A DNA stretch of 64,000 nt. Source: an uncultured Actinomycetes bacterium (GTDB lineage: Bacteria; Actinomycetota; UBA4738; HRBIN12). A program made the translations under genes and the position numbers. Location: positions 36,072-100,071 of the forward strand of contig CAVSLG010000006.1 in the NCBI GenBank assembly GCA_963728665.1, given 5' to 3'. Under the pieces are notes generated by a model that saw nothing but the letters and a program-made list of their open reading frames with translations, was not told the origin of the DNA and ran no database searches. Below, piece after piece: positions 35,880 through 44,519 of the stretch (positions within the stretch are counted from its first letter, which is position 1; each line of letters starts with the position of its first letter).

Positions 35880-36742
35880 GCGGCATCGCTCCCCGCGAGC
35901 GAGCGGTGGATCACGATGTCGCCCATCGACGTGTGCGCGTGCACCTCGACCGAATCCTCCCCCGACGCGGGACGCTCCGACGCGTCGAGCTCGTTGCGCA
36001 CATGCCCGAACTTCGTGCGCAGGTCGAGCCAGGCCGACACCCCGTCACGCACGCCGATCTCGAGATCGCCGAAGGCGCTCTCGGCGACCGCGGTGCCATG
36101 CGCGACCTCGCCCAGGTGCACCCGGCCGTGCGCGGTCTTCGCGACGACGCCGGCGCCGGCCCGATCGATCGTGATCGTGCCGCTCGCCGTGCTGGCGCGC
36201 GCGTCGCCGCCGGCCTCACCGATCCAGGTGTCGCCGTTCGAGTTCTTCACCCAGGCGGTTCCCTCGACACGGCCGACGCGCACCCCGCCCGAGCCGGTGA
36301 CGACCTCGGCCTTGCCGGCAACACGGTCGACGGTGACGTCGCCGGCCCCGGTCTTGAGGTTCAGGGCACCGACCTCCTCGAGGGAGACGTCGCCGACGCC
36401 GACCTTGGCGCGGCACTCGCCCAGGCGGCCGGTCGCGTGCAGGGCCGCCACGCCGATCTCGGCCTGCAGGCGCGAGCCCGCAGGCAGCGAGATCGCGACA
36501 TCGATGGAGTCGCCTCGATGCGAGACCCACTGGCGCCAGCCGCTCGGTCCCTTCACGATCAGGTGGCCGTTCGCGTACTCGACGCGCGTCTGCTCGGCGG
36601 CCTTCACGTCGGCCGGCTTGGCCGGGTCCGACGGACGGACCTCGACGGTCGTGTCGGCGCGATCGGCCGCCTCGATACGGACGTCGCCCACGCCGACCTC
36701 CAGGTCGACGGCGATCGGATCGGGGGTGTCGAAGGTGGTCAT
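35876..36742 (-). CDS. DUF4097-like beta-strand-repeat protein
   Basis: 288 aa. Repeated GxGDVxV / GSGxVRV strands (GVGDVRIEA, GAGDVTVDRV, GSGGVRVGRV, ASGTITIDRA). Overlaps the ATPase start by 4 nt. Confidence 0.75.
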   Translation of the reverse strand: MTTFDTPDPIAVDLEVGVGDVRIEAADRADTTVEVRPSDPAKPADVKAAEQTRVEYANGHLIVKGPSGWRQWVSHRGDSIDVAISLPAGSRLQAEIGVAALHATGRLGECRAKVGVGDVSLEEVGALNLKTGAGDVTVDRVAGKAEVVTGSGGVRVGRVEGTAWVKNSNGDTWIGEAGGDARASTASGTITIDRAGAGVVAKTAHGRVHLGEVAHGTAVAESAFGDLEIGVRDGVSAWLDLRTKFGHVRNELDASERPASGEDSVEVHAHTSMGDIVIHRSLAGSDAA

Positions 36743-36767
36743 CGTCGGTCCTCCTCGTGGTCGATGA

Positions 36768-37295
36768 TCAGCGGGCCCAGCCCTTGTAGTGCTGGGCCCC
36801 GGTCGGGGCTCGTCGCTCGCGGCCGCGTTGGCCCTCGGCGCGCTCGAGACGGGCCGCGGCCGCGCGCACGAGCCAGGCGTTGATCGAGAGCCCCTCGCGC
36901 TCGGCGGCCCGGTCGACGCGGGCCTTCAGGTGCTCGGGCATGCGCACGTTGATGCGGGCGATCGCGTCGTCGCCCTCGATGCCCGAGGGCGGCGCGGCGC
37001 TGCCCAGCGCCTCGTCGTCGTCGTCGTCGCCGTCGGCACGCTCGTCGGTCGGCTCGGGCGGAGTCACGACGAAGATCGGCTCGCGGCCCCGGAGCCGCAG
37101 CTCCACCGAGCCCGGCGCGAGCTCGACCGTGATCTCCTCGGCCGCGGCCGCCAGGGCGTCCTGGAGCGCGAGTCGGATCGCGGAGTCGAGCGGTGCGGCG
37201 AGCCGGTCCGCGAGCTTGCGGGCCTCCTCACCTCCCGCCTGCGCAGCGGCGTCGAGCTGGGCATGGATGTCTTCGATGAACCGGTCGAGTTCCAT
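36768..37295 (-). CDS. Ribbon-helix-helix (CopG/Arc-type, often annotated HicB-like) DNA-binding protein with N-terminal helical domain
   Basis: The C-terminal ARINVRMPEHLKARVDRAAEREGLSINAWLVRAAAARLE is an RHH motif. An acidic DDDDDE linker precedes it. This is the first gene of the four-gene operon. Confidence 0.7.
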   Translation of the reverse strand: MELDRFIEDIHAQLDAAAQAGGEEARKLADRLAAPLDSAIRLALQDALAAAAEEITVELAPGSVELRLRGREPIFVVTPPEPTDERADGDDDDDEALGSAAPPSGIEGDDAIARINVRMPEHLKARVDRAAEREGLSINAWLVRAAAARLERAEGQRGRERRAPTGAQHYKGWAR

Positions 37296-37346
37296 GGCAT
37301 CATGATGGCATCATCTTGGCATCGCGTCAATGCCAGACCGATGCCA
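37295..37346. promoter_or_regulatory. Array of five hexamer half-sites with 11-bp phasing: TGGCAT x3 (37295, 37306, 37317) and inverted ATGCCA x2 (37330, 37341)
   Basis: Read directly from the sequence. The proximal site overlaps the ATG of the RHH gene. RHH repressors typically bind arrayed repeats. Confidence 0.55.
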
Positions 37347-37427
37347 CCAGGGGTGGCGGGGTATCCCGGGAAGGAATGTGGGCACTCGGGCGACAGCCCG
37401 GATGCCCTCGGCGGCAGATGGAATGAG

Positions 37428-38297
37428 CTACGTCTCGAGCAAAGGCTCGAGTTTGCGCTCGAACGTGTGGGCGATCCTGCGGTACCCCGTCCGGTTCGCG
37501 TGGGGGTCGAATGCGAACCTCGGCGAACAGAACCACGTCCATCGGCAGGCGAGCGCGACGTTGACCGGGATACGACCGCGACCGGGGACGATGACGGTCT
37601 CCTCGAAGTCGTCGATCCGGAACGTCTTCGCCACGTCGGCGACCGCGGCACCGGCATCCGCGTAGGCGGTCGCGAGCCCCTCGTCGAACACCGCCCAGGC
37701 GCGCTGGTCGGCGTGCGCCAGCGCGCGGCCACCGGGCACGAGGCCCCAGAAGCCGAGGAACGGGTCGTAGTAGGTCATGCCGACGATCGGCACGTCGGGA
37801 CCTGCTGCGGAGGACAGCGCGTCCAGGATCTGCCCGAGGCGATCGGCGAGCCCGGGCTGCAGGTCCGTCGCACACGCCTTGGCGATCAGGCCGGAAGGCT
37901 CCAGGCACCGGTTCAGCAGGTCGTTCACGCCGATGTCGATCGTGATGAACGCGACCTGCCCCGCGTGCGCCGTGAGGAAGTTCACCGCGGCGTCCAGTTG
38001 CGACCCGGCCGTATAGCGGCACGGCGAGCGCTCGCCCGTGATCAGGGATCGACTCGTCTCGCCGGGGCAGCCGACGCTGCGGACCGCGAGGTCCGGGATG
38101 ACGTCCTTCCGGATCCGGCGCGCCAGCACGTCGACGTACCCGTGCGCGGTTTCGCCCCTGCCCGGCTGGAAGCCCACGGAGAGCGAGTCACCGAGCGCGA
38201 GGTAGTACGTCGGGTCGACACCGCCGGCATGGGCGGCCGGGAGCTGCAGCATCGCGAGCATCGTCGCGACGACCACCGCCCATGAGGCCCTCTTCAT
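37428..38297 (-). CDS. Secreted SGNH/GDSL hydrolase family protein
   Basis: Signal peptide MKRASWAVVVATMLAMLQLPAAHA. Block I is YLALGDSLSVG. Confidence 0.85.
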   Translation of the reverse strand: MKRASWAVVVATMLAMLQLPAAHAGGVDPTYYLALGDSLSVGFQPGRGETAHGYVDVLARRIRKDVIPDLAVRSVGCPGETSRSLITGERSPCRYTAGSQLDAAVNFLTAHAGQVAFITIDIGVNDLLNRCLEPSGLIAKACATDLQPGLADRLGQILDALSSAAGPDVPIVGMTYYDPFLGFWGLVPGGRALAHADQRAWAVFDEGLATAYADAGAAVADVAKTFRIDDFEETVIVPGRGRIPVNVALACRWTWFCSPRFAFDPHANRTGYRRIAHTFERKLEPLLET

Positions 38298-38411
38298 CGA
38301 CGCTCTCCTTGCTCCGTGGAGGGTCGCGGGCCGCCCACCGAGACAGATGCGGCGAGTCTAGGTGGGGGCTCTCTCGTGGCGCAAGGCGTGCGGACTCATC
38401 GCGGGTGATCG

Positions 38412-39782
38412 TCACGCAGGAGCTCCGACGACGCGGTTGATGCGCCACTGGCCCGGCACTCCCTTCAGCTCGCGTTCACCGAGGTCCTCGAACGAGAGGC
38501 CCGACCCGGCGGTGAGTTCCCGCACCGTCTGCGACACCAGGACCTCGGACGGACCCGCCAGCGATGCGATCCGAGAGCCGATCACGACTGCGAGGCCGCC
38601 GGCCTTCCCCGCGATCGTCTCCACCTCGCCCGTGTGCAACCCGGCGCGCACGTCGATGCCGAGCGACTCCACCGATAGCACGATCGCCGACGCGCATCGC
38701 ACCGCGCGGCCCGGCCCGTCGAACGTCGCGTAGAAGCCGTCGCCGGCGGTGTCAACCTCGTTCCCGCGGAAGCGTGCGAGCAGCGCCCGCACCTTGGAGT
38801 GGTGCTGCTCCACGAGCCGCTTCCATTCGCGGTCGCCGAGCGCCGACGCCTGCTCCGTCGACCCGACGATGTCGGTGAACAGCACGGTCGCGAGCACGCG
38901 GCCGAAGACCTCTTGCTCCTCCCGGATCGACGACGCGAATCGCTCGACGGCTCGAGCGACCTGCGCCACGTTGCCGAGGTACGGCTCTTCCCCCTCGCCC
39001 GGCAACGTGATGACCGACGCGCCGGGGATCTGCCGGGCCGTCCAGGTGCTCTCCTCGATCAGCTCCGCCGGCCACGCCTCTCGGACGATCACCACAGCCG
39101 GAACCTGGATCGCAGGCAACGCGCTGCGGGCGTCGGTCGACAGCCACACCCGGCTGAAGGTCTCGAGGTCTCCGGGCGCAGCGGCGTTGCGTTGCAGCTT
39201 CATCAGCCAGCTCACGAACGCTGGGTCTCGACGTAGGCGCTCGCCGTCGACCCAGAACGTCATGGCCGTCGACTCCTCGCCTCGCCGGGCGTTGCCCCAG
39301 AGCTCCTCGCGGGCGCGGAGCCGTTCCTCGAAGTCGTCCTCGCGCATCCCCCAGGGGTAGTCGGGGGCCCACGCGAGTCGGACCACGCCGCTCCAAAGCA
39401 GCAACCCGAGGGTGCGCTCCGGATAGCTCGCCGCGAAGAGGGTGGCCAGCGCTCCTCCATCGCTCACGCCGAACATCAGCGCTCGCTCGGAGCCGGCGGC
39501 ATCGAGCACCGCACGAAGATCGTCCATCCGCGCTTCCAGGGTCGGGAGTGACGACGAAAGTCGATCCGACAGCCCGACGCCGCGCTTGTCGAACAGGATG
39601 ACGCGGGCGAACGAGCTGAGAGATCGGATCAATCGCTCGAACGAGGGCAGCTCCCACATCAACTCGACATGGGTGACGAACGCGTGCACGAAGACGATGT
39701 CGACCGGCCCGTCACCGACGACCTGGTACGCGATGTGCACTCCGTCATCGGTGACGGCGTACCGCGTGTCCGGCATGTCCAC
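38412..39782 (-). CDS. Alpha/beta hydrolase - class III adenylate/guanylate cyclase fusion protein
   Basis: The N-terminal part is IVFVHAFVTHVELMW...FDKRGVGLSDR. The C-terminal part is ATVLFTDIVGSTEQA...DTAGDGFYATF...GLHTGEVE. Confidence 0.9.
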   Translation of the reverse strand: MDMPDTRYAVTDDGVHIAYQVVGDGPVDIVFVHAFVTHVELMWELPSFERLIRSLSSFARVILFDKRGVGLSDRLSSSLPTLEARMDDLRAVLDAAGSERALMFGVSDGGALATLFAASYPERTLGLLLWSGVVRLAWAPDYPWGMREDDFEERLRAREELWGNARRGEESTAMTFWVDGERLRRDPAFVSWLMKLQRNAAAPGDLETFSRVWLSTDARSALPAIQVPAVVIVREAWPAELIEESTWTARQIPGASVITLPGEGEEPYLGNVAQVARAVERFASSIREEQEVFGRVLATVLFTDIVGSTEQASALGDREWKRLVEQHHSKVRALLARFRGNEVDTAGDGFYATFDGPGRAVRCASAIVLSVESLGIDVRAGLHTGEVETIAGKAGGLAVVIGSRIASLAGPSEVLVSQTVRELTAGSGLSFEDLGERELKGVPGQWRINRVVGAPA

Positions 39783-39864
39783 GCGGCAATCCTGGACTTC
39801 GGCCCCCTGCCGGGCAAGCCGACACCAACTCGATGCAGGAAGGACGTCTGCTCAGGCTCGACCG

Positions 39865-40839
39865 CTACACGGTGATGACGATCTTGCCGGCGGCGTGTCC
39901 CTCTTCCAGGTACCGGATCGCGTCGGGAGCTTCGATCAGCGGGTAAGTCCGGTCGATAACCGGCGTGACCGAGCCGGCCTCGACGAGCTCCGTGAGGGTG
40001 ACGAGGTCCTCCTGCTTGATCTTCGTGGCCAGCCCGCGCAGCCGCTGACCCACGAACAGCGACACCACGGGCGCTCGGAGCACCCCGCGGAAGAAGCCTC
40101 CGGTCCAATGTCCGCCCCCGTCGCCGCCCACGATCACGAGGGTCCCCTTCGGGGTCAGGGCACGGCGCAACTGGGACAACCCTCGGCGCCCCGCGGTGTC
40201 GACGATCACGTCCCAGCGCCGCACCCCGCCTGAGAAATCCTCGCGCGTGTAGTCGATCACGTCGTCGGCGCCGATCGACTTGACCAGGTCGACCTTCGAG
40301 GTGCTGCACACGCCGGTGACCTTCGCGCCGAGCGACTTGGCGATCTGCACGGTGAGCGTTCCCACGCCTCCAGCTGCGCCGATGACCAACACGGTCTGTC
40401 CGGGCTGCACCTTCCCCTCATCGCGCACGGCCCGCAGGGCGGTGATGCCGGAGATCGGAAGGGCGGCGGCCTGCTCGAAGCTGAGTCCAGCCGGCTTCGC
40501 GACCAGCTTGTCCGACTGCGTGACGGCGAGCTCGGCGAACGAGCCCTGCTCGGCGGTGCCCATCACCTCGTCGCCGGGCTCGAAGCCCGTGACGTTCGCG
40601 CCGACCGCCTCGACCGTGCCCGCGACGTCCCAGCCTCGCACGCCGACCTTCGGTCGACGCAACCCGATCATCGGACGCGCCATGTACGGCATGCCGGCCA
40701 TCAGGTGCCACACGTCGGGGCCACAGCCGGCGGCGCGCACAAGTACGAGCACATCGTCGTCGCCGACCACGGGTTCCTCGATGTCTCGGAACTCCAGCAC
40801 GTCGGCCGAGCCGTACCGATCCTGCACGATCGCCTTCAT
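39865..40839 (-). CDS. Zinc-type/MDR NAD(P)H quinone oxidoreductase / alcohol dehydrogenase family
   Basis: From the Met at 40839 with GGGAGA SD. MKAIVQDRYGSADVLEF and the Rossmann motif VLVIGAAGGVGTLTVQIAK. Confidence 0.9.
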   Translation of the reverse strand: MKAIVQDRYGSADVLEFRDIEEPVVGDDDVLVLVRAAGCGPDVWHLMAGMPYMARPMIGLRRPKVGVRGWDVAGTVEAVGANVTGFEPGDEVMGTAEQGSFAELAVTQSDKLVAKPAGLSFEQAAALPISGITALRAVRDEGKVQPGQTVLVIGAAGGVGTLTVQIAKSLGAKVTGVCSTSKVDLVKSIGADDVIDYTREDFSGGVRRWDVIVDTAGRRGLSQLRRALTPKGTLVIVGGDGGGHWTGGFFRGVLRAPVVSLFVGQRLRGLATKIKQEDLVTLTELVEAGSVTPVIDRTYPLIEAPDAIRYLEEGHAAGKIVITV

Positions 40840-40872
40840 CCGTTCTCCCTCTGGGCTAGTGGCGCACATACT

Positions 40873-40920
40873 GTGTACGCCGTACACTCACGAGGTGAAG
40901 CGTACGTGTACGCCGTACAC
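40873..40920. promoter_or_regulatory. Two identical 15-bp palindromes GTGTACG-C-CGTACAC (40873-40887 and 40906-40920), candidate TetR operators
   Basis: Read directly. Each is a perfect 7-1-7 palindrome, repeated 33 bp apart in the divergent MDR/TetR intergenic region. Confidence 0.65.
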
Positions 40921-40953
40921 TTGTCAAGCCGGACGCCGTGGGAAGGTGACCTT

Positions 40954-41634
40954 ATGAGCACCGAGATCGACGCCGGCGCCCAGACCCGGGTGCCGCTGAC
41001 CAGGGAGCGGGTGCTGCGTACCGCCGTGGATCTCGCCGATCAGGGCGGGGTCGAGGCGCTCAGCATGCGGAAGCTGGCGCAGGCCCTCGACGTCGTGCCG
41101 ATGGCGCTGTACCGGCACGTGGCCAACAAGGGAGAGCTCCTGGGCGGCCTGGTCGACGTCGTCATCGGCGAGATCGACCCGCCTCTCGAGGGTGCCGACT
41201 GGAAGACGACGATGCGGGAGCGGATCCTCTCGGCTCGTCGCGCCCTCGCCCGGCACCCCTGGGCGTCGAAAGTGATGGAGTCACGCTCTACCCCCACCCC
41301 CGTCGTGCTCGAGTACATGGACTCGATGATCGGGCTGCTCCGCGCCGGGGGCTTCTCGCTCGATCTGACCCATCACGCGCTGCACGCGATGGGCAGCCGC
41401 ATGTTCGGGTTCACCCAGGAGCTGTTCAACGACACCACCGACGTCGATCCAGCGGTGGAGGCGGAGACGTGGGAGGCGACGGCCGGCACCTACCCGTACA
41501 TCTACGAGATCTTCACGACGATCTCCCACGACGACAGGTCGGTCGTCGGCGCGGGGTGCGACGACCAGTTCGAGTTCGAGTTCGCCTTGGACCTGATGCT
41601 CGACGGCATCGAGCGCCTCAAGGACCGACCATGA
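40954..41634 (+). CDS. TetR family transcriptional regulator
   Basis: RERVLRTAVDLADQGGVEALSMRKLAQALDVVPMALYRHVANKGELL is a TetR N-terminal HTH. Confidence 0.9.
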   Translation: MSTEIDAGAQTRVPLTRERVLRTAVDLADQGGVEALSMRKLAQALDVVPMALYRHVANKGELLGGLVDVVIGEIDPPLEGADWKTTMRERILSARRALARHPWASKVMESRSTPTPVVLEYMDSMIGLLRAGGFSLDLTHHALHAMGSRMFGFTQELFNDTTDVDPAVEAETWEATAGTYPYIYEIFTTISHDDRSVVGAGCDDQFEFEFALDLMLDGIERLKDRP

Positions 41635-41929
41635 CGTACGTCGATCGGGAGCCTGGCCCGAGCCTCCTCTCGCGGCCGACGAAGCCACCGCGATCGTCCT
41701 GGGGAGCCTGCTCAAGCACATGGCCGTGATCGAGGACAACACGTTCACCCCGGAGGATCGCCGGGCGAGCGATGGTGCCGTCATGGAACGAGGTGGACCG
41801 GGACGCCCACCCCAGCTGGGACTGGGACTCGGCCGCCGACGACTCTCCCGCTACGAGCGACACGCTGGCCACCCCGACATCATCAGGGAATCGATCGACG
41901 GGCTGGTCGGCGAAGATCGACCCGACTGA
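41631..41929 (+). pseudogene. Decayed DinB_2/DUF664-family gene (frameshifts plus internal deletion)
   Basis: ATGA overlap with the TetR stop. The hallmarks are split over frames: LGSLLKHMAVIEDNTF, then PSWNEVDRDAHPSWDWDSAADDSP, then YERHAGHPDIIRESIDGLVGE. About 70 codons normally separate the last two motifs and are missing here. Confidence 0.6.
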
Positions 41930-41971
41930 CGGTCGCTGGACGGTAGCCGCTGCCCCCCCTAGGGTCGAACG

Positions 41972-42679
41972 ATGACGAACGCACCGATCATCCTGGTTCC
42001 CGGATTCTGGTTGGGCGCGTGGGCGTGGGACGAGGTCGCCGACGCGTTACGCGCCGACGGCCACGACGTCACGGCGCTCACGCTTCCAGGCCTCGAGTCG
42101 GTCGACACCGACCGCTCATCGATCGCCCTGAAAGACCACGTCGAGGCGATCTGCGACGCGGTCTTGGTAGCCGGAGCCCCTGTCGTGCTGGCCGTGCACA
42201 GCGGCACGGGGTTCTCCGGCTACGCCGCGAGCGACCGCGTCGCCGAGCTGATCGCGGCAATGGTCTACGTCGACACGGCGCCGGGCAAGGGCGCGTTGGA
42301 CCCCGACTTCGATGCCGTGGAGAAACCCCTGCAGTGGGACGAGCTCGCGGAGGAGGAGAACCTCGACGACCTTACCGAGGAGCAGCTCGAGACGTTCCGA
42401 CGTCGCGCCGTTCCCGAGCCGGGTGGGGTGATCAGCGAGACGCTCGAGCTGACGAATGACGCGCGCCTCGACGTGCCGAGCACACTGATCTGCACCGGGT
42501 ACACGTCCGAGCAGTACAAGGACGCAGCCAAGGAAGGCTATGCCTGGCTCGCGGGTCTGACTGAGGTGCGCAACGTCACGTGGATCGACCTGCCGACGAG
42601 CCACTGGCCGATGTGGTCGCGCCCCAAGGATCTCGCCGACATCATCGGCGGCATCGCGGAGGGGGCTCCCGAGGGCTAG
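41972..42679 (+). CDS. Alpha/beta hydrolase
   Basis: 235 aa. PIILVPGFWLGAWAWDEV and VLAVHSGTGF. Confidence 0.8.
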   Translation: MTNAPIILVPGFWLGAWAWDEVADALRADGHDVTALTLPGLESVDTDRSSIALKDHVEAICDAVLVAGAPVVLAVHSGTGFSGYAASDRVAELIAAMVYVDTAPGKGALDPDFDAVEKPLQWDELAEEENLDDLTEEQLETFRRRAVPEPGGVISETLELTNDARLDVPSTLICTGYTSEQYKDAAKEGYAWLAGLTEVRNVTWIDLPTSHWPMWSRPKDLADIIGGIAEGAPEG

Positions 42680-42720
42680 CTCTCCCGGGCCCTCACCGTC
42701 GAGGCGGCGCTACCACACGC

Positions 42721-42960
42721 TTACGAGCCCTTCGCCTTGTCCTCGGCGAGGGTGTACCCGACGAGCGCGTTGGCGTGGCCGTGGCCCATTCCATATTCAG
42801 TCTTGAGCCAGGTCACGAGCTCCATGTGGTTCGTGAGGTCGCTCTCGCGGATCAGCGCCTGCCACTCCTCGATCGGGCGGCCGTACTTCTTCTCGATGGA
42901 GGGGAAGTACGACGCGGGACCGGTGATCTTCTTCGCTGAGTCGTCCTTGGATGCGGTCAT
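42721..42960 (-). CDS. DUF4287 domain protein
   Basis: 79 aa. ASYFPSIEKKYGRPIEEWQALI...HMELVTWLKTEYGMGHGHANALV. Confidence 0.8.
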   Translation of the reverse strand: MTASKDDSAKKITGPASYFPSIEKKYGRPIEEWQALIRESDLTNHMELVTWLKTEYGMGHGHANALVGYTLAEDKAKGS

Positions 42961-43084
42961 GGCTCGCAGGCTACCGCCGGCGGATCGCTCGGTTCAGGTC
43001 CATCCCGAGTTCCCAATCGCTCTCGCAGCAACGTCGAAGGGAAAAGCCCTTGCTGGGTGGCACCACGGGCGGAAGGATGCCTCC

Positions 43085-43555
43085 ATGAGGAAGCTCGGCC
43101 CTGTGCTCGTGCTCGTGGCGATGGTTGGCTTCGCGGTCTCGGCGTTGACCTTGGACTTCTACAGCACACGCTCGGCGCCGAGCGAACTCGATCTCGCGTA
43201 CTTCGACCTGCTGTCGGGGCAAGGGAGGGCACCCGGCCTGGCCGTCGCCGGGGCTGTTCTCGTGACGTTCGGAGCGCCGATGCTCATCGTGATCCTCGAT
43301 CTCATGGTGCTCGCGGGACGACGCCCTGGTGCCGCTCGACACGGGCTCGTCGCCGCCATAGCCACTTGGGCCGTCATCACGCTCGGCTCCGCATTGAACA
43401 TCCGAGGTCTCGCTACGTTCCCGGTGGGCGTCGGGTTCTGGGCCCAGGTCGTGTGCGCGGGTCTCGCGATCGCAGGAGCGCTGCTGATGATGTCCGCTGC
43501 TGCCGACGAGAGGCTGGGGAAGGGCACGGCTCATCCGCCCGAGACCCCGTCGTAG
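43085..43555 (+). CDS. Hypothetical 4-TM membrane protein
   Basis: ATG 43085 follows GGAAGGA. 156 aa with four hydrophobic helices. Confidence 0.55.
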   Translation: MRKLGPVLVLVAMVGFAVSALTLDFYSTRSAPSELDLAYFDLLSGQGRAPGLAVAGAVLVTFGAPMLIVILDLMVLAGRRPGAARHGLVAAIATWAVITLGSALNIRGLATFPVGVGFWAQVVCAGLAIAGALLMMSAAADERLGKGTAHPPETPS

Positions 43556-43605
43556 CCGTCCGCTCGAACAGAACCTCGTCTCGCCGGCGCTACAGGACCT
43601 GTTGA

Positions 43606-43779
43606 GCCGGCGATCCCGACTCCACGGTTCCACGGGGACAGGGGCTGATCTGGTACCGGACCCGTTCAGGCGGACGCACGTTGATCGGTCACACCGGCGG
43701 TGACCACGGGGTGGCGACGGTTGCCTTCTATGACCGTGACGCCGATCTCGGCGTCGTCGTGCTCTCGAACGGGAACTGA
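43606..43779 (+). pseudogene. 3' remnant of a serine hydrolase (beta-lactamase family) gene
   Basis: Own translation gives ...RGQGLIWYRTRSGGRTLIGHTGGDHGVATVAFYDRDADLGVVVLSNGN-stop. This is the conserved C-terminal GHTGG...VVLSN block only. An in-frame stop lies at 43603-05. Confidence 0.55.
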
Positions 43780-43800
43780 AGGACGCTTCGCCGGGAACCA

Positions 43801-44391
43801 TCACACGGCGCAACCGCGGCGCACGAGGTCGTACGCCTCGCTGAGCGCCTGAGGGTCGCGGTCGCCGTCGATCATCGGCGCCATCGCGCCATCGGCGAGT
43901 CCCCAGGCCACGATCTCGGCGAGCTGCTCGATGCCCCGCTGGTTCCACTTGATGTCGTCGCCGGCCCAGGCGTCGAGGCTGCGCAGCTGCAGGAACCGGT
44001 CGCGGCACGCCTCGTCGAGGGTCGCGCCCTCCCAGGCGTGCGCGAGCTCGTGCAGCACCAGGCGTTGGGGACCAGCCTCCATCTCGAGGCGCACACACAG
44101 GTCGACGCGGCCGCCTTGCGCGTAGCCGAGGAACCCTCGGCAGCCCTCGGTGCCGTCGTGGAAGTGCACCTCGGTCGGCGGCAGCTCGAGACCGGCAGCC
44201 TCGAAACGTCCCACGGCCCAGGCGGCGAGCTCCGTCGCCGCGGGCGGGGCGTCCACCACGACGACCTGAGACGTACCGGCTACCGGGTCCCCGCCGCGCG
44301 TCAGCGCGACGGCGTCGGGCAGGCTCGCGATCGCGCCGACGCCCATGGCGATCGCGATCCATCCGGCGGCCCGTGCGTTCCTCGTGAACAT
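43801..44391 (-). CDS. Secreted HExxH-motif protein (putative zinc metallopeptidase)
   Basis: From the internal Met at 44391. The signal/TM is MFTRNARAAGWIAIAMGVGAIASL and the metal motif is LVLHELAHAWE. Confidence 0.6.
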   Translation of the reverse strand: MFTRNARAAGWIAIAMGVGAIASLPDAVALTRGGDPVAGTSQVVVVDAPPAATELAAWAVGRFEAAGLELPPTEVHFHDGTEGCRGFLGYAQGGRVDLCVRLEMEAGPQRLVLHELAHAWEGATLDEACRDRFLQLRSLDAWAGDDIKWNQRGIEQLAEIVAWGLADGAMAPMIDGDRDPQALSEAYDLVRRGCAV

Positions 44392-44436
44392 GGGCCGACG
44401 GTGGGCGCCAGCGCTGCAGGCACGGCCCACGAACGC

Positions 44437-44462
44437 TTGGACCCGGTTGGAAACGGCTTGGA
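44437..44462 (+). promoter_or_regulatory. Three direct repeats (C/G)TTGGA spaced 10 and 11 bp, upstream of the SARP-STAND gene
   Basis: TTGGA at 44437, 44447 and 44458. Helical-phase direct repeats fit OmpR/SARP-type wHTH binding. Confidence 0.35.
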
Positions 44463-44519
44463 GCCGACCCGAACGGGGAGTGCCTTTCCGACGCAACGCG
44501 AACGGAGTACGGTCCGGTC

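Noticed and set aside
36768-37295. HicB antitoxin of a HicAB toxin-antitoxin pair
   Set aside because: No small HicA-like ORF is adjacent. The gene heads a DUF4097/ABC operon, and only the generic RHH fold is shared.
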